Below are positions 56,806-64,000 of a stretch of DNA of 64,000 nucleotides, piece by piece. Origin of the DNA: TPA_inf: Saccharomyces. Taxonomy: Eukaryota. The DNA lies in contig BK006943.2 in assembly GCA_000146045.2 (NCBI GenBank), positions 512,001-576,000 on the forward strand, in the 5' to 3' direction. The position numbers and the translations under genes are program-made. Every line of letters begins with the position of its first letter. The first letter of the stretch is position 1. Under the pieces are notes generated by a model, which worked only from the letters and a program-made list of their open reading frames with translations, was not told the DNA's origin and ran no database searches.

Positions 56806-57399
56806 CTAAAAGTCATTTTGATACAAGTACTCTTTAAACTGAGCGAAGGCTTTACCACGATGAGAAATAGCATTCTTTGCGTCTTTGCTCATCTCTGCGT
56901 AAGTCAGTCCATGACTATCAAAAGGTTCAAAAATTGAATCCCAGCCGAATGTAGTGGGTCCCCGGCTTGGAACGATCTTGCCTCTTGTAATACCTTGAAA
57001 GAAGTGATATTCACCCCGAGAATCAGCAAAACAAATGGTGGTAACTGCTTCAGCGTTTTTATTTTCAAAGGGTTCCAACATTTTCACAATTTTTTCCAAT
57101 CCCATGCTCTTTAAAAACCATTTTATATAAGCACCTGGTAGACCGTTAAATTCGTCAAATCTCAACGCAGTGTCTTCCACAAACACTGGCTTACCCTTAC
57201 CCAAGGCCGCAACAGCTTGCTTTCCCTTAGCTAACGCAATGGCATTCAGATCCGTGTCCTGCAATTCTTCCAGGTCTAAGGCCTCATTGATTAAGTGGAT
57301 GGTTTTGTTGTTGTTGTCGACCTCTTGAGTCAAAATCGACTGCACTTCCTTTAACTTGTTGGCATTGCCAGTGACAAATACAATTTCGTTGTTGCTCAT
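56806..57399 (-). CDS. HAM1: Inosine/XTP triphosphate pyrophosphatase (ITPase; house-cleaning NTPase), 197 aa
   Basis: MSNNEIVFVTGNANKLKEV is the Ham1/Maf-fold N-terminus. Length is 197 aa. Confidence 0.93.
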   Translation of the reverse strand: MSNNEIVFVTGNANKLKEVQSILTQEVDNNNKTIHLINEALDLEELQDTDLNAIALAKGKQAVAALGKGKPVFVEDTALRFDEFNGLPGAYIKWFLKSMGLEKIVKMLEPFENKNAEAVTTICFADSRGEYHFFQGITRGKIVPSRGPTTFGWDSIFEPFDSHGLTYAEMSKDAKNAISHRGKAFAQFKEYLYQNDF

Positions 57400-57620
57400 T
57401 CTGCTATCGTTCGTTTTTAGATATCTCTATGTGAGTGTTTCCTATGCTTTGAAGACCAGTGTTGAAAGCTGAAGCTCGAGAGAACGGTTTCGAAAATAAA
57501 TAATTTTTTTGCTATTTGATACATTTGTATATATAACGGAAATGGCGGGTTTTGAAAAGTATAAAATACAAGATTATACAATGATTATTGTTACTATCAT
57601 TATTGATGATGCTGATTCTT

Positions 57621-58598
57621 CTAATTAGCAGTTGGAGCATATTCTAGTTCGTTGCTGTTTTCGTAATCATACATATCTAGCGCAACGATACAAGATTCTC
57701 TGACGACATCGACTTCATCGTTGAGGTAAGATTTCAAGACGTCGACAACTTCTGGAGAAGCAATGGCACCCAAGGCTTCAGCAGCTTCATGCCTAACCAT
57801 TGGAGCTTCTTCCTTTCTGCCCAAAACTTCAATCAAACTTGGGACAGCAGCCGGACTACCTATTTGACCGAAGACGTAGGCGATTTCATGCTTGAAAAGG
57901 GAGGATTCTGCACTGAAACCAGTGGCCAAGGCCAGGATTGCTTCATCAGTACCGATATCTCTCAGTCTGAACATGGCTCTGTATCTTTGGAACAAAGGTT
58001 GCTTAGGATCATTCAATAAGGCCTGTAGTTCTGGGATGGTAGCATCCTTTTCTAATGGTAGAGGTGGGGCTGGGTCAATACTCGAGTATAGGGATTGTTG
58101 CAAGTTTTCCTTATCCTTGGCACCTCCATGGGTCCAGTTGATTCTGTTAATGGCCAGTTCACAGGTTTCTCTCACAGCAACGTGTGGATCCTCCTTAGCA
58201 GCCTTATTTAGGTCATCCAACGAATCCTTGTCACCTAGGGCACCCAAAGCCTCAGCGGCTTCGTGTCTCACCATTGGTTCTTGATTTTGATCTAACATAA
58301 CGTGTCTTAAAGTTGGAGCAGCGTCCAAGTTCTTGGTTTGACCCAACACGTAGGCCACTTCGTGCTTCAACAACTCAGACTTGTCATTGACGAAGGATTC
58401 GGCAATGTATTCGATGGCCTTTTTGGCTTCCTCTGGCTTAGTGGCAAATTCTTCAGCAACAGTCTTTAAGTTGAACAGAGCTCTAAATCTGTTGGCCAAA
58501 ACTGTTTTGCCGGACTTGTTGACTAAGATGTCCCTTAGTTGCTCTAGAGTGCATTCATCGACGTTTTCTTGGAAATGTTTTTCAAAGTTAGTAGACAT
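57621..58598 (-). CDS. LIA1: Deoxyhypusine hydroxylase Lia1 (HEAT-repeat di-iron enzyme), 325 aa
   Basis: 325 aa with an internally duplicated architecture. The HEAAEALGA His-Glu motif occurs four times, at 66-74, 99-107, 224-232 and 257-265. Confidence 0.93.
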   Translation of the reverse strand: MSTNFEKHFQENVDECTLEQLRDILVNKSGKTVLANRFRALFNLKTVAEEFATKPEEAKKAIEYIAESFVNDKSELLKHEVAYVLGQTKNLDAAPTLRHVMLDQNQEPMVRHEAAEALGALGDKDSLDDLNKAAKEDPHVAVRETCELAINRINWTHGGAKDKENLQQSLYSSIDPAPPLPLEKDATIPELQALLNDPKQPLFQRYRAMFRLRDIGTDEAILALATGFSAESSLFKHEIAYVFGQIGSPAAVPSLIEVLGRKEEAPMVRHEAAEALGAIASPEVVDVLKSYLNDEVDVVRESCIVALDMYDYENSNELEYAPTAN

Positions 58599-58966
58599 GT
58601 TTTTTTTTTTCTTTCTTGCGTGGTATGTTAGAAGGACTACAGTTTATCCTAACCTAAACCTAGAGCTACCGTCAAATATACACGTGTATTCACTGGATTT
58701 GCCTTATGTAATTTATATGATAAAAACTTTTCAGCTCATCGAGAAAAATTTTCTTTCCTCCCACGCAGGATAGAGAAAAAAAAAAAATTTTTTTTTTTTC
58801 TTGTTTCTCACTGCATTCTACAGGGATTTCTGTGGAAGGATTACCTCTATTGTTCAAAAGATAATAAACGTGGGAGTTTATCTGACGTTCGTCTTTGCAA
58901 TTCCATTGTCTTTTTTTTTCTCTGCGGGTCGAATGATCGCCGAACCAAAGGACTATACGTAGTTAT

Positions 58967-60124
58967 TTAGTTTCTAATATACTTCGCGATATTTTCTGCA
59001 GTCTCGCTACTGGCCGTTTTCCCTACTTGTTGCATAGCTTCCTGATATCTCCTTTGTAGGTCTGGAGCAGAGTTCTCGTTGACCTCACCTTTTGTTCTTT
59101 CTTCGCCTGGGAACGTGTATTCTCTCTCAACGCCTTCGTCCTCATCCCTATCCACAAGACCATCATTGGCATCCTCTTCGAGGTCGCTAATGGCATCTAT
59201 GCTGTCGTTGTCGCTGGCTGCAGCGCTGCTCTTCTCGTTTAACCCTAGATCCTTCATCAGGCCATTCAATGATTTTTGCTTTCTCATCTCTTCCTTTTTC
59301 TTTTTTAGGTTCAATGCTTTTTCACGTTCTTGCTTATAGTATTGGTCGTATTCATCAACTTTCTTGTCTACGCATTGCATAAATTCGTCGAATCCGTCTC
59401 CGGTAAAACTGGAAACGCCCACGACGTCTAGCTGGGAATAGAATTCTTCAAGCATCAGTGACATAGAATTGACCAATGAGCTCATGTACCCGGAGCCCAG
59501 CCCATTGTCACCATTCAAGTCTTGATCTTCCTTGATTGCTGCTTGGAAACTCTCAAAATCCGTCATCCATTCCTTAGCAAAATCTGCCTTGCACACGTCG
59601 GTCTTGTTGAAAACGACAATCATGGGAAGTTTGGTCTTATACAGAATGGAGCAGGCGTACAGCATGTTACTCATGAATGTAGTTGGGGATGAGTTTCTAG
59701 GCGTATCCACGATATATGCAATCACTGTGGGAAAGCTGGAGGCAAAAGATTCCGTGATAATGGCACCCGACGCACTCCACACAAAACATTCGATTTGGCC
59801 TGGAGTGTCGATGATGCAGTTTTGGAACTTGTCCTTCTTCTGTTCCACCAACCTAATAACTTGATCAATCTTGGTGCTGAACAAATTCAAACTGGTGACA
59901 ATGGCACCGTTCGGACCTAGCTGGTAATTCTCCATCACTTTCTTGTATTTGATTGAGTCTCTGATATCGATGTTTGCACCATAGGGGACTCTCAATACTG
60001 CAGGATCAAGATTGATTACGTATGGTGGCGTTTTCTCTGCCCGCAAGTGGGAGTTTAACCTTTGCATGAAAGTTGTTTTACCGGATCCGGCCATACCAAT
60101 ACATATGATTGTGCTGAGACTCAT
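58967..60124 (-). CDS. NPA3: GPN-loop GTPase Npa3/Gpn1 (RNA polymerase II nuclear import/assembly), 385 aa
   Basis: The P-loop [10 protein letters not shown], the GPN motif (YQLGPNGAI) and an acidic C-terminal tail are present. Length is 385 aa. Confidence 0.93.
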   Translation of the reverse strand: MSLSTIICIGMAGSGKTTFMQRLNSHLRAEKTPPYVINLDPAVLRVPYGANIDIRDSIKYKKVMENYQLGPNGAIVTSLNLFSTKIDQVIRLVEQKKDKFQNCIIDTPGQIECFVWSASGAIITESFASSFPTVIAYIVDTPRNSSPTTFMSNMLYACSILYKTKLPMIVVFNKTDVCKADFAKEWMTDFESFQAAIKEDQDLNGDNGLGSGYMSSLVNSMSLMLEEFYSQLDVVGVSSFTGDGFDEFMQCVDKKVDEYDQYYKQEREKALNLKKKKEEMRKQKSLNGLMKDLGLNEKSSAAASDNDSIDAISDLEEDANDGLVDRDEDEGVEREYTFPGEERTKGEVNENSAPDLQRRYQEAMQQVGKTASSETAENIAKYIRN

Positions 60125-60314
60125 TCTTGCTGTGTCGTTATTGCGTTTTGTAGTTGTTTGTGTGCGCTAGATGCTCTCATTGTATTCCTTGTTAAATAGA
60201 GCATCGCATTAAAATTTTTTTTTTTCACTTTCGCGAAGAAATTGCTTATGGAGCTATATAGAAACGGTAATAGCATAGGCTTCTAACATTATAGAATATA
60301 TAGAAATAGAGCAC

Positions 60315-60935
60315 TTACATATTCTTTTTGGCCTTATCACGGTTAGCGTAGATCATGGCAGTAAAAGGTTCTTCCCAACGAAGAGCGATCTTGTACATGA
60401 AGTAAACTACGGCAGAAACAACCAGCCCCGCAGGCTTTCCTTTGTAAAGGGCTATGCCCAAGAAGGACAAAGTGGAACCCTGGTACATGGGGTTGTTGGA
60501 AACGTTGAAGGGGAAGCCGGTGACTCTCTCATCCATCAGGATGCCGAAATAGTCACCCAAGTACGTCCCTGTGATACCCAGCTTGTACATGGAACTCAAA
60601 ACAAGCACTTGCCCCAAACCAAAGAGAGCCACACCCAGCTTGGTCCAGTTCTCGCCCGTGATCAGAGAACACGTAGGCTGTTCACGCAATGCAGACTCGT
60701 ACACCATGTCTCTGACGATACCTAGCGAAAATATGGTCGCCGCCAACATGTAACAGCCCTTTCTGGCCCCACCACACATCTTGGTGAGAGAATGCTTGTG
60801 GTATTCCATTCTTGCAACGATGTTCCAAAAGATAGGATTGAACATCGTGCACACAATGGCCAGCTGGAACTTGGAAGACTGTAAATCGACACTGTGGATG
60901 AGTTGCTGGATGATCTCTTGGACTGACTCCTTCAT
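60315..60935 (-). CDS. OPI3: Phospholipid N-methyltransferase (PLMT) Opi3, 206 aa
   Basis: 206-aa polytopic membrane protein. Length and position match OPI3. It is divergent from MOG1. Confidence 0.88.
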   Translation of the reverse strand: MKESVQEIIQQLIHSVDLQSSKFQLAIVCTMFNPIFWNIVARMEYHKHSLTKMCGGARKGCYMLAATIFSLGIVRDMVYESALREQPTCSLITGENWTKLGVALFGLGQVLVLSSMYKLGITGTYLGDYFGILMDERVTGFPFNVSNNPMYQGSTLSFLGIALYKGKPAGLVVSAVVYFMYKIALRWEEPFTAMIYANRDKAKKNM

Positions 60936-61094
60936 CGCTTGACTTGCGCTATTCTTGTTGTCTTCAATTGCTGTTTATGGCTCTGTCCAAGAACGTTCAT
61001 GTTCTTCATATGTGTTCTCTTATAAAGACCCCTTATCCAGTGGTCATTGCAGTGGCAGTGGACAGAAACCAACGATGCATGTGTGGGTTTGCAT

Positions 61095-61751
61095 ATGAAG
61101 ATTGAAAAGGCTTCTCATATTTCACAACCGGTGCAACTTTCCACATGCACTCTCATTGACACCTACCCTGGTCATCAAGGAAGCATGAACAACAAGGAAG
61201 TCGAATTATACGGCGGCGCCATCACTACTGTCGTCCCACCTGGGTTTATAGACGCTTCTACTCTAAGAGAAGTCCCCGATACACAGGAGGTGTACGTCAA
61301 TTCCCGTCGCGATGAAGAAGAATTCGAAGATGGACTAGCCACCAATGAAAGCATTATCGTGGATCTCTTGGAGACGGTCGACAAGAGCGATCTGAAGGAG
61401 GCTTGGCAGTTCCACGTGGAAGACCTGACGGAGTTGAACGGGACCACCAAATGGGAAGCTTTACAAGAAGACACTGTTCAGCAAGGAACCAAGTTCACCG
61501 GACTCGTTATGGAAGTAGCAAATAAGTGGGGAAAACCAGATCTGGCACAGACCGTTGTCATCGGCGTAGCGTTGATCAGATTAACCCAGTTTGACACGGA
61601 TGTGGTCATCTCCATTAATGTACCTTTGACAAAGGAGGAGGCGTCGCAAGCAAGCAACAAAGAGTTGCCTGCAAGATGTCATGCTGTTTACCAATTGTTG
61701 CAAGAAATGGTACGGAAGTTTCACGTTGTGGACACGTCGCTGTTTGCTTAA
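61095..61751 (+). CDS. MOG1: Ran-GTPase-binding nuclear import factor Mog1, 218 aa
   Basis: The ATG at 61095 (MKIEKASHIS) gives 218 aa. The track ORF starts 48 nt upstream at a TTG. Confidence 0.85.
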   Translation: MKIEKASHISQPVQLSTCTLIDTYPGHQGSMNNKEVELYGGAITTVVPPGFIDASTLREVPDTQEVYVNSRRDEEEFEDGLATNESIIVDLLETVDKSDLKEAWQFHVEDLTELNGTTKWEALQEDTVQQGTKFTGLVMEVANKWGKPDLAQTVVIGVALIRLTQFDTDVVISINVPLTKEEASQASNKELPARCHAVYQLLQEMVRKFHVVDTSLFA

Positions 61752-61980
61752 TCTTTCAAATTTTAACCTTATGTTTATATTACCTTTTTATTTCTACTAT
61801 ATAGCGTATTACATGTTTTTTCCGATAAGTATAACGAAATTTCCCAGCAGCGAAGAAAGTGAAAAAATAACAGTGACCATAATGAACATTCCTCTCTTTC
61901 CATTTTGCACGTATTCTTGCAGAGAAGAGGCACTCTACTCGGAAGACAGCAGATAGATATATAGACTGTAGCGGTTAACG

Positions 61981-63171
61981 ATGGCCAAAACAACAAAAAG
62001 AGCCTCCAGTTTCAGGAGGTTGATGATATTCGCCATAATAGCCCTCATCTCATTAGCATTTGGAGTTAGATACCTATTTCACAATTCTAATGCTACTGAT
62101 TTACAAAAAATTCTGCAGAACTTGCCCAAAGAGATTTCCCAAAGCATTAATAGTGCCAACAATATTCAGAGTTCGGATTCTGATCTAGTTCAACATTTTG
62201 AGAGTTTGGCTCAGGAGATCAGACACCAACAGGAAGTTCAAGCAAAGCAATTTGATAAACAACGTAAGATCCTGGAAAAAAAAATCCAAGACTTGAAACA
62301 AACACCTCCGGAGGCCACCCTAAGAGAACGCATAGCTATGACTTTCCCCTACGATTCCCATGTCAAGTTCCCAGCATTTATTTGGCAAACTTGGTCCAAT
62401 GATGAAGGTCCCGAGCGTGTTCAAGATATAAAGGGCATGTGGGAAAGCAAGAATCCGGGCTTTGCGCACGAAGTGTTGAACCATGACGTGATAAACGCAC
62501 TAGTACACCACTACTTCTACTCCATACCGGAAATCCTAGAGACTTACGAAGCTCTGCCCTCCATCATCCTAAAGATAGATTTTTTCAAATACTTAATACT
62601 GTTAGTTCATGGAGGTGTTTATGCTGACATCGACACGTTCCCTGTTCAGCCAATTCCAAACTGGATTCCTGAAGAGTTGTCGCCATCCGACATTGGGTTG
62701 ATAGTTGGAGTTGAGGAAGACGCTCAAAGAGCTGACTGGAGAACCAAGTATATCAGAAGACTTCAGTTTGGTACTTGGATTATACAAGCAAAACCTGGTC
62801 ACCCTGTTTTGAGGGAAATCATTTCTCGAATTATTGAGACCACTTTACAGAGAAAGAGGGACGACCAACTAAACGTCAATCTAAGGAATGATCTGAATAT
62901 TATGAGTTGGACGGGTTCTGGGTTGTGGACTGACACTATTTTCACGTATTTCAATGACTTTATGAGAAGTGGTGTCAGGGAGAAGGTTACATGGAAATTA
63001 TTCCATAACCTAAATCAACCAAAATTGCTAAGTGATGTTCTGGTCTTTCCAAAATTCTCCTTTAACTGTCCAAACCAAATCGATAATGACGATCCACACA
63101 AGAAATTCTATTTCATTACTCATTTGGCATCACAATTTTGGAAAAATACTCCAAAGGTGGAGCAGAAATAA
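61981..63171 (+). CDS. HOC1: Golgi alpha-1,6-mannosyltransferase of mannan polymerase II (Och1 family), 396 aa
   Basis: Type II signal anchor (LMIFAIIALISLAFGV) and an Och1-family DxD region (GGVYADIDT). Length is 396 aa. Confidence 0.92.
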   Translation: MAKTTKRASSFRRLMIFAIIALISLAFGVRYLFHNSNATDLQKILQNLPKEISQSINSANNIQSSDSDLVQHFESLAQEIRHQQEVQAKQFDKQRKILEKKIQDLKQTPPEATLRERIAMTFPYDSHVKFPAFIWQTWSNDEGPERVQDIKGMWESKNPGFAHEVLNHDVINALVHHYFYSIPEILETYEALPSIILKIDFFKYLILLVHGGVYADIDTFPVQPIPNWIPEELSPSDIGLIVGVEEDAQRADWRTKYIRRLQFGTWIIQAKPGHPVLREIISRIIETTLQRKRDDQLNVNLRNDLNIMSWTGSGLWTDTIFTYFNDFMRSGVREKVTWKLFHNLNQPKLLSDVLVFPKFSFNCPNQIDNDDPHKKFYFITHLASQFWKNTPKVEQK

Positions 63172-63353
63172 GTACTTCTACGCAGATATAATAAGGAACT
63201 TTTTTGTTAATTTTTTTTTGCTGATCGATATTAATACTTTTTAAGAATGAAGAAAAAAAAAAAATAATATACCAGATGTATTTACTTATATACAACACTC
63301 ACTCTTTATATATATAGAGAAAGAAGAAATAAGTGAGGAAGCCAAAAGCGGAC

Positions 63354-64000
63354 TCATTCTTCCTGTTTGATTTTCGCCTCTTTTTCCAACCTGGCTTCAA
63401 TTTCTCTTAATTCCTTTTCTCTTTGCAACAGTTCTTGTCTTTTCAACAGCAGTTCTTGCTGAACTCTCTCCTCAAATGCCTTTAGTCGCTCTTCTTCTAA
63501 CCGTATTTGCTCCTCACGTGTCATGTAGGTTTCGTTATTTTCGCCAGTGCTTTGCCCGTGCATATCGGATGCTGGGTTGAGAACATCGTTATTAATATTA
63601 TTACTTTGCTTGAAGGGATTTGTGTTTCTCCTTGTTGTGGTGGACGATGACGACGAACCATTCAATTTTGTCAGATTTGGACGTATGGATTCTGCCGCGA
63701 CAGATTCACCTGATAATGCCTCGGTTCTATATCTTTCATATAATATCTCATGTGTGTAGTTTTTCAAGTCATGTAAATGAGAGATCAATAACGCATTCCT
63801 TAAGATAACAAAATCAGAGATCGATGAATCTTCCACGTCCAGTATGCCCCATGGATACTTTCTGCCACGAATTGTCCCAACATCGCCGCCCATTTCGTAA
63901 ACTTCATTGGATCCAATAATAGCAAAAGGTAGAAGTGTACGTAGGTACATATTGGTTTCGTAATCTTCGTCTGATATTTCATCTTCATCGAAAGGGAAAT
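63354..64000 (-). CDS. CDC11: C-terminal ~215 codons of the septin Cdc11 (the gene continues beyond the right edge), including the C-terminal coiled coil
   Basis: A TGA stop lies at 63354-63356. The frame stays open upstream of the Met at 63950 (...FPFDEDEISDEDYETNMYLRTLLPFAIIGSNE...) to the window edge. The tail is a coiled coil (REEQIRLEEERLKAFEERVQQELLLKRQELLQREKELREIEARLEKE). Position after HOC1 fits YJR076C. Confidence 0.8.
   Translation of the reverse strand, partial: FPFDEDEISDEDYETNMYLRTLLPFAIIGSNEVYEMGGDVGTIRGRKYPWGILDVEDSSISDFVILRNALLISHLHDLKNYTHEILYERYRTEALSGESVAAESIRPNLTKLNGSSSSSTTTRRNTNPFKQSNNINNDVLNPASDMHGQSTGENNETYMTREEQIRLEEERLKAFEERVQQELLLKRQELLQREKELREIEARLEKEAKIKQEE

Noticed and set aside
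58381-58773. 130-aa plus-strand ORF overlapping the LIA1 5' end and promoter
   Set aside because: It overlaps LIA1 in antisense and runs through the T11 and A12T11 tracts. It looks like a dubious ORF (YJR071W-like) rather than a gene.

Overview
This window is ordinary, well-characterised budding-yeast chromosomal DNA. I find no evidence of a novel or foreign biological system in it. It is a gene-dense segment of a eukaryotic nuclear chromosome, collinear gene-for-gene with the right arm of Saccharomyces cerevisiae chromosome X, from YJR041C (URB2, 5' part) to YJR076C (CDC11, 3' part). Two remembered SGD coordinates, CYC1 near 526,335 and TOR1 near 559,416, both give the same offset of 512,000, so the window is probably chrX ~512,001-576,000; I could not verify this. 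I can support 34 protein-coding genes whose lengths match the known proteins to the codon, including TOR1, SSC1, CCT5, ARP3, RFC2, CYC1, ANB1, CDC8, POL32, NUP85 and RAD7. There are 6 tRNA genes, including an initiator tRNA-Met and an intron-containing tRNA-Tyr that is probably SUP4. At least six Ty solo LTRs, of two sequence classes plus diverged copies, are clustered next to 4 of the 6 tRNA genes. There is a (GT)20 microsatellite, poly(dA:dT) tracts, and several literature-known regulatory elements that I could find by eye. These are the CYC1 Hap1-type UAS1 with its downstream UAS2 and TATA elements, Rox1 operator sites upstream of ANB1, MCB boxes upstream of CDC8 and POL32, and the CYC1 terminator. 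The supplied ORF track uses non-ATG (TTG) starts for several genes, namely BFA1, KCH1, PTK2, CCT5, MOG1 and CYC1; for these I report the downstream ATG that gives the known protein length. All genes are intronless except the tRNA-Tyr. The most structurally interesting part is the LTR/tRNA-rich zone at 25.7-31.8 kb around HIT1, YJR056C and SUP4, which contains a ~660-bp head-to-head LTR quasi-palindrome and a candidate replication origin.
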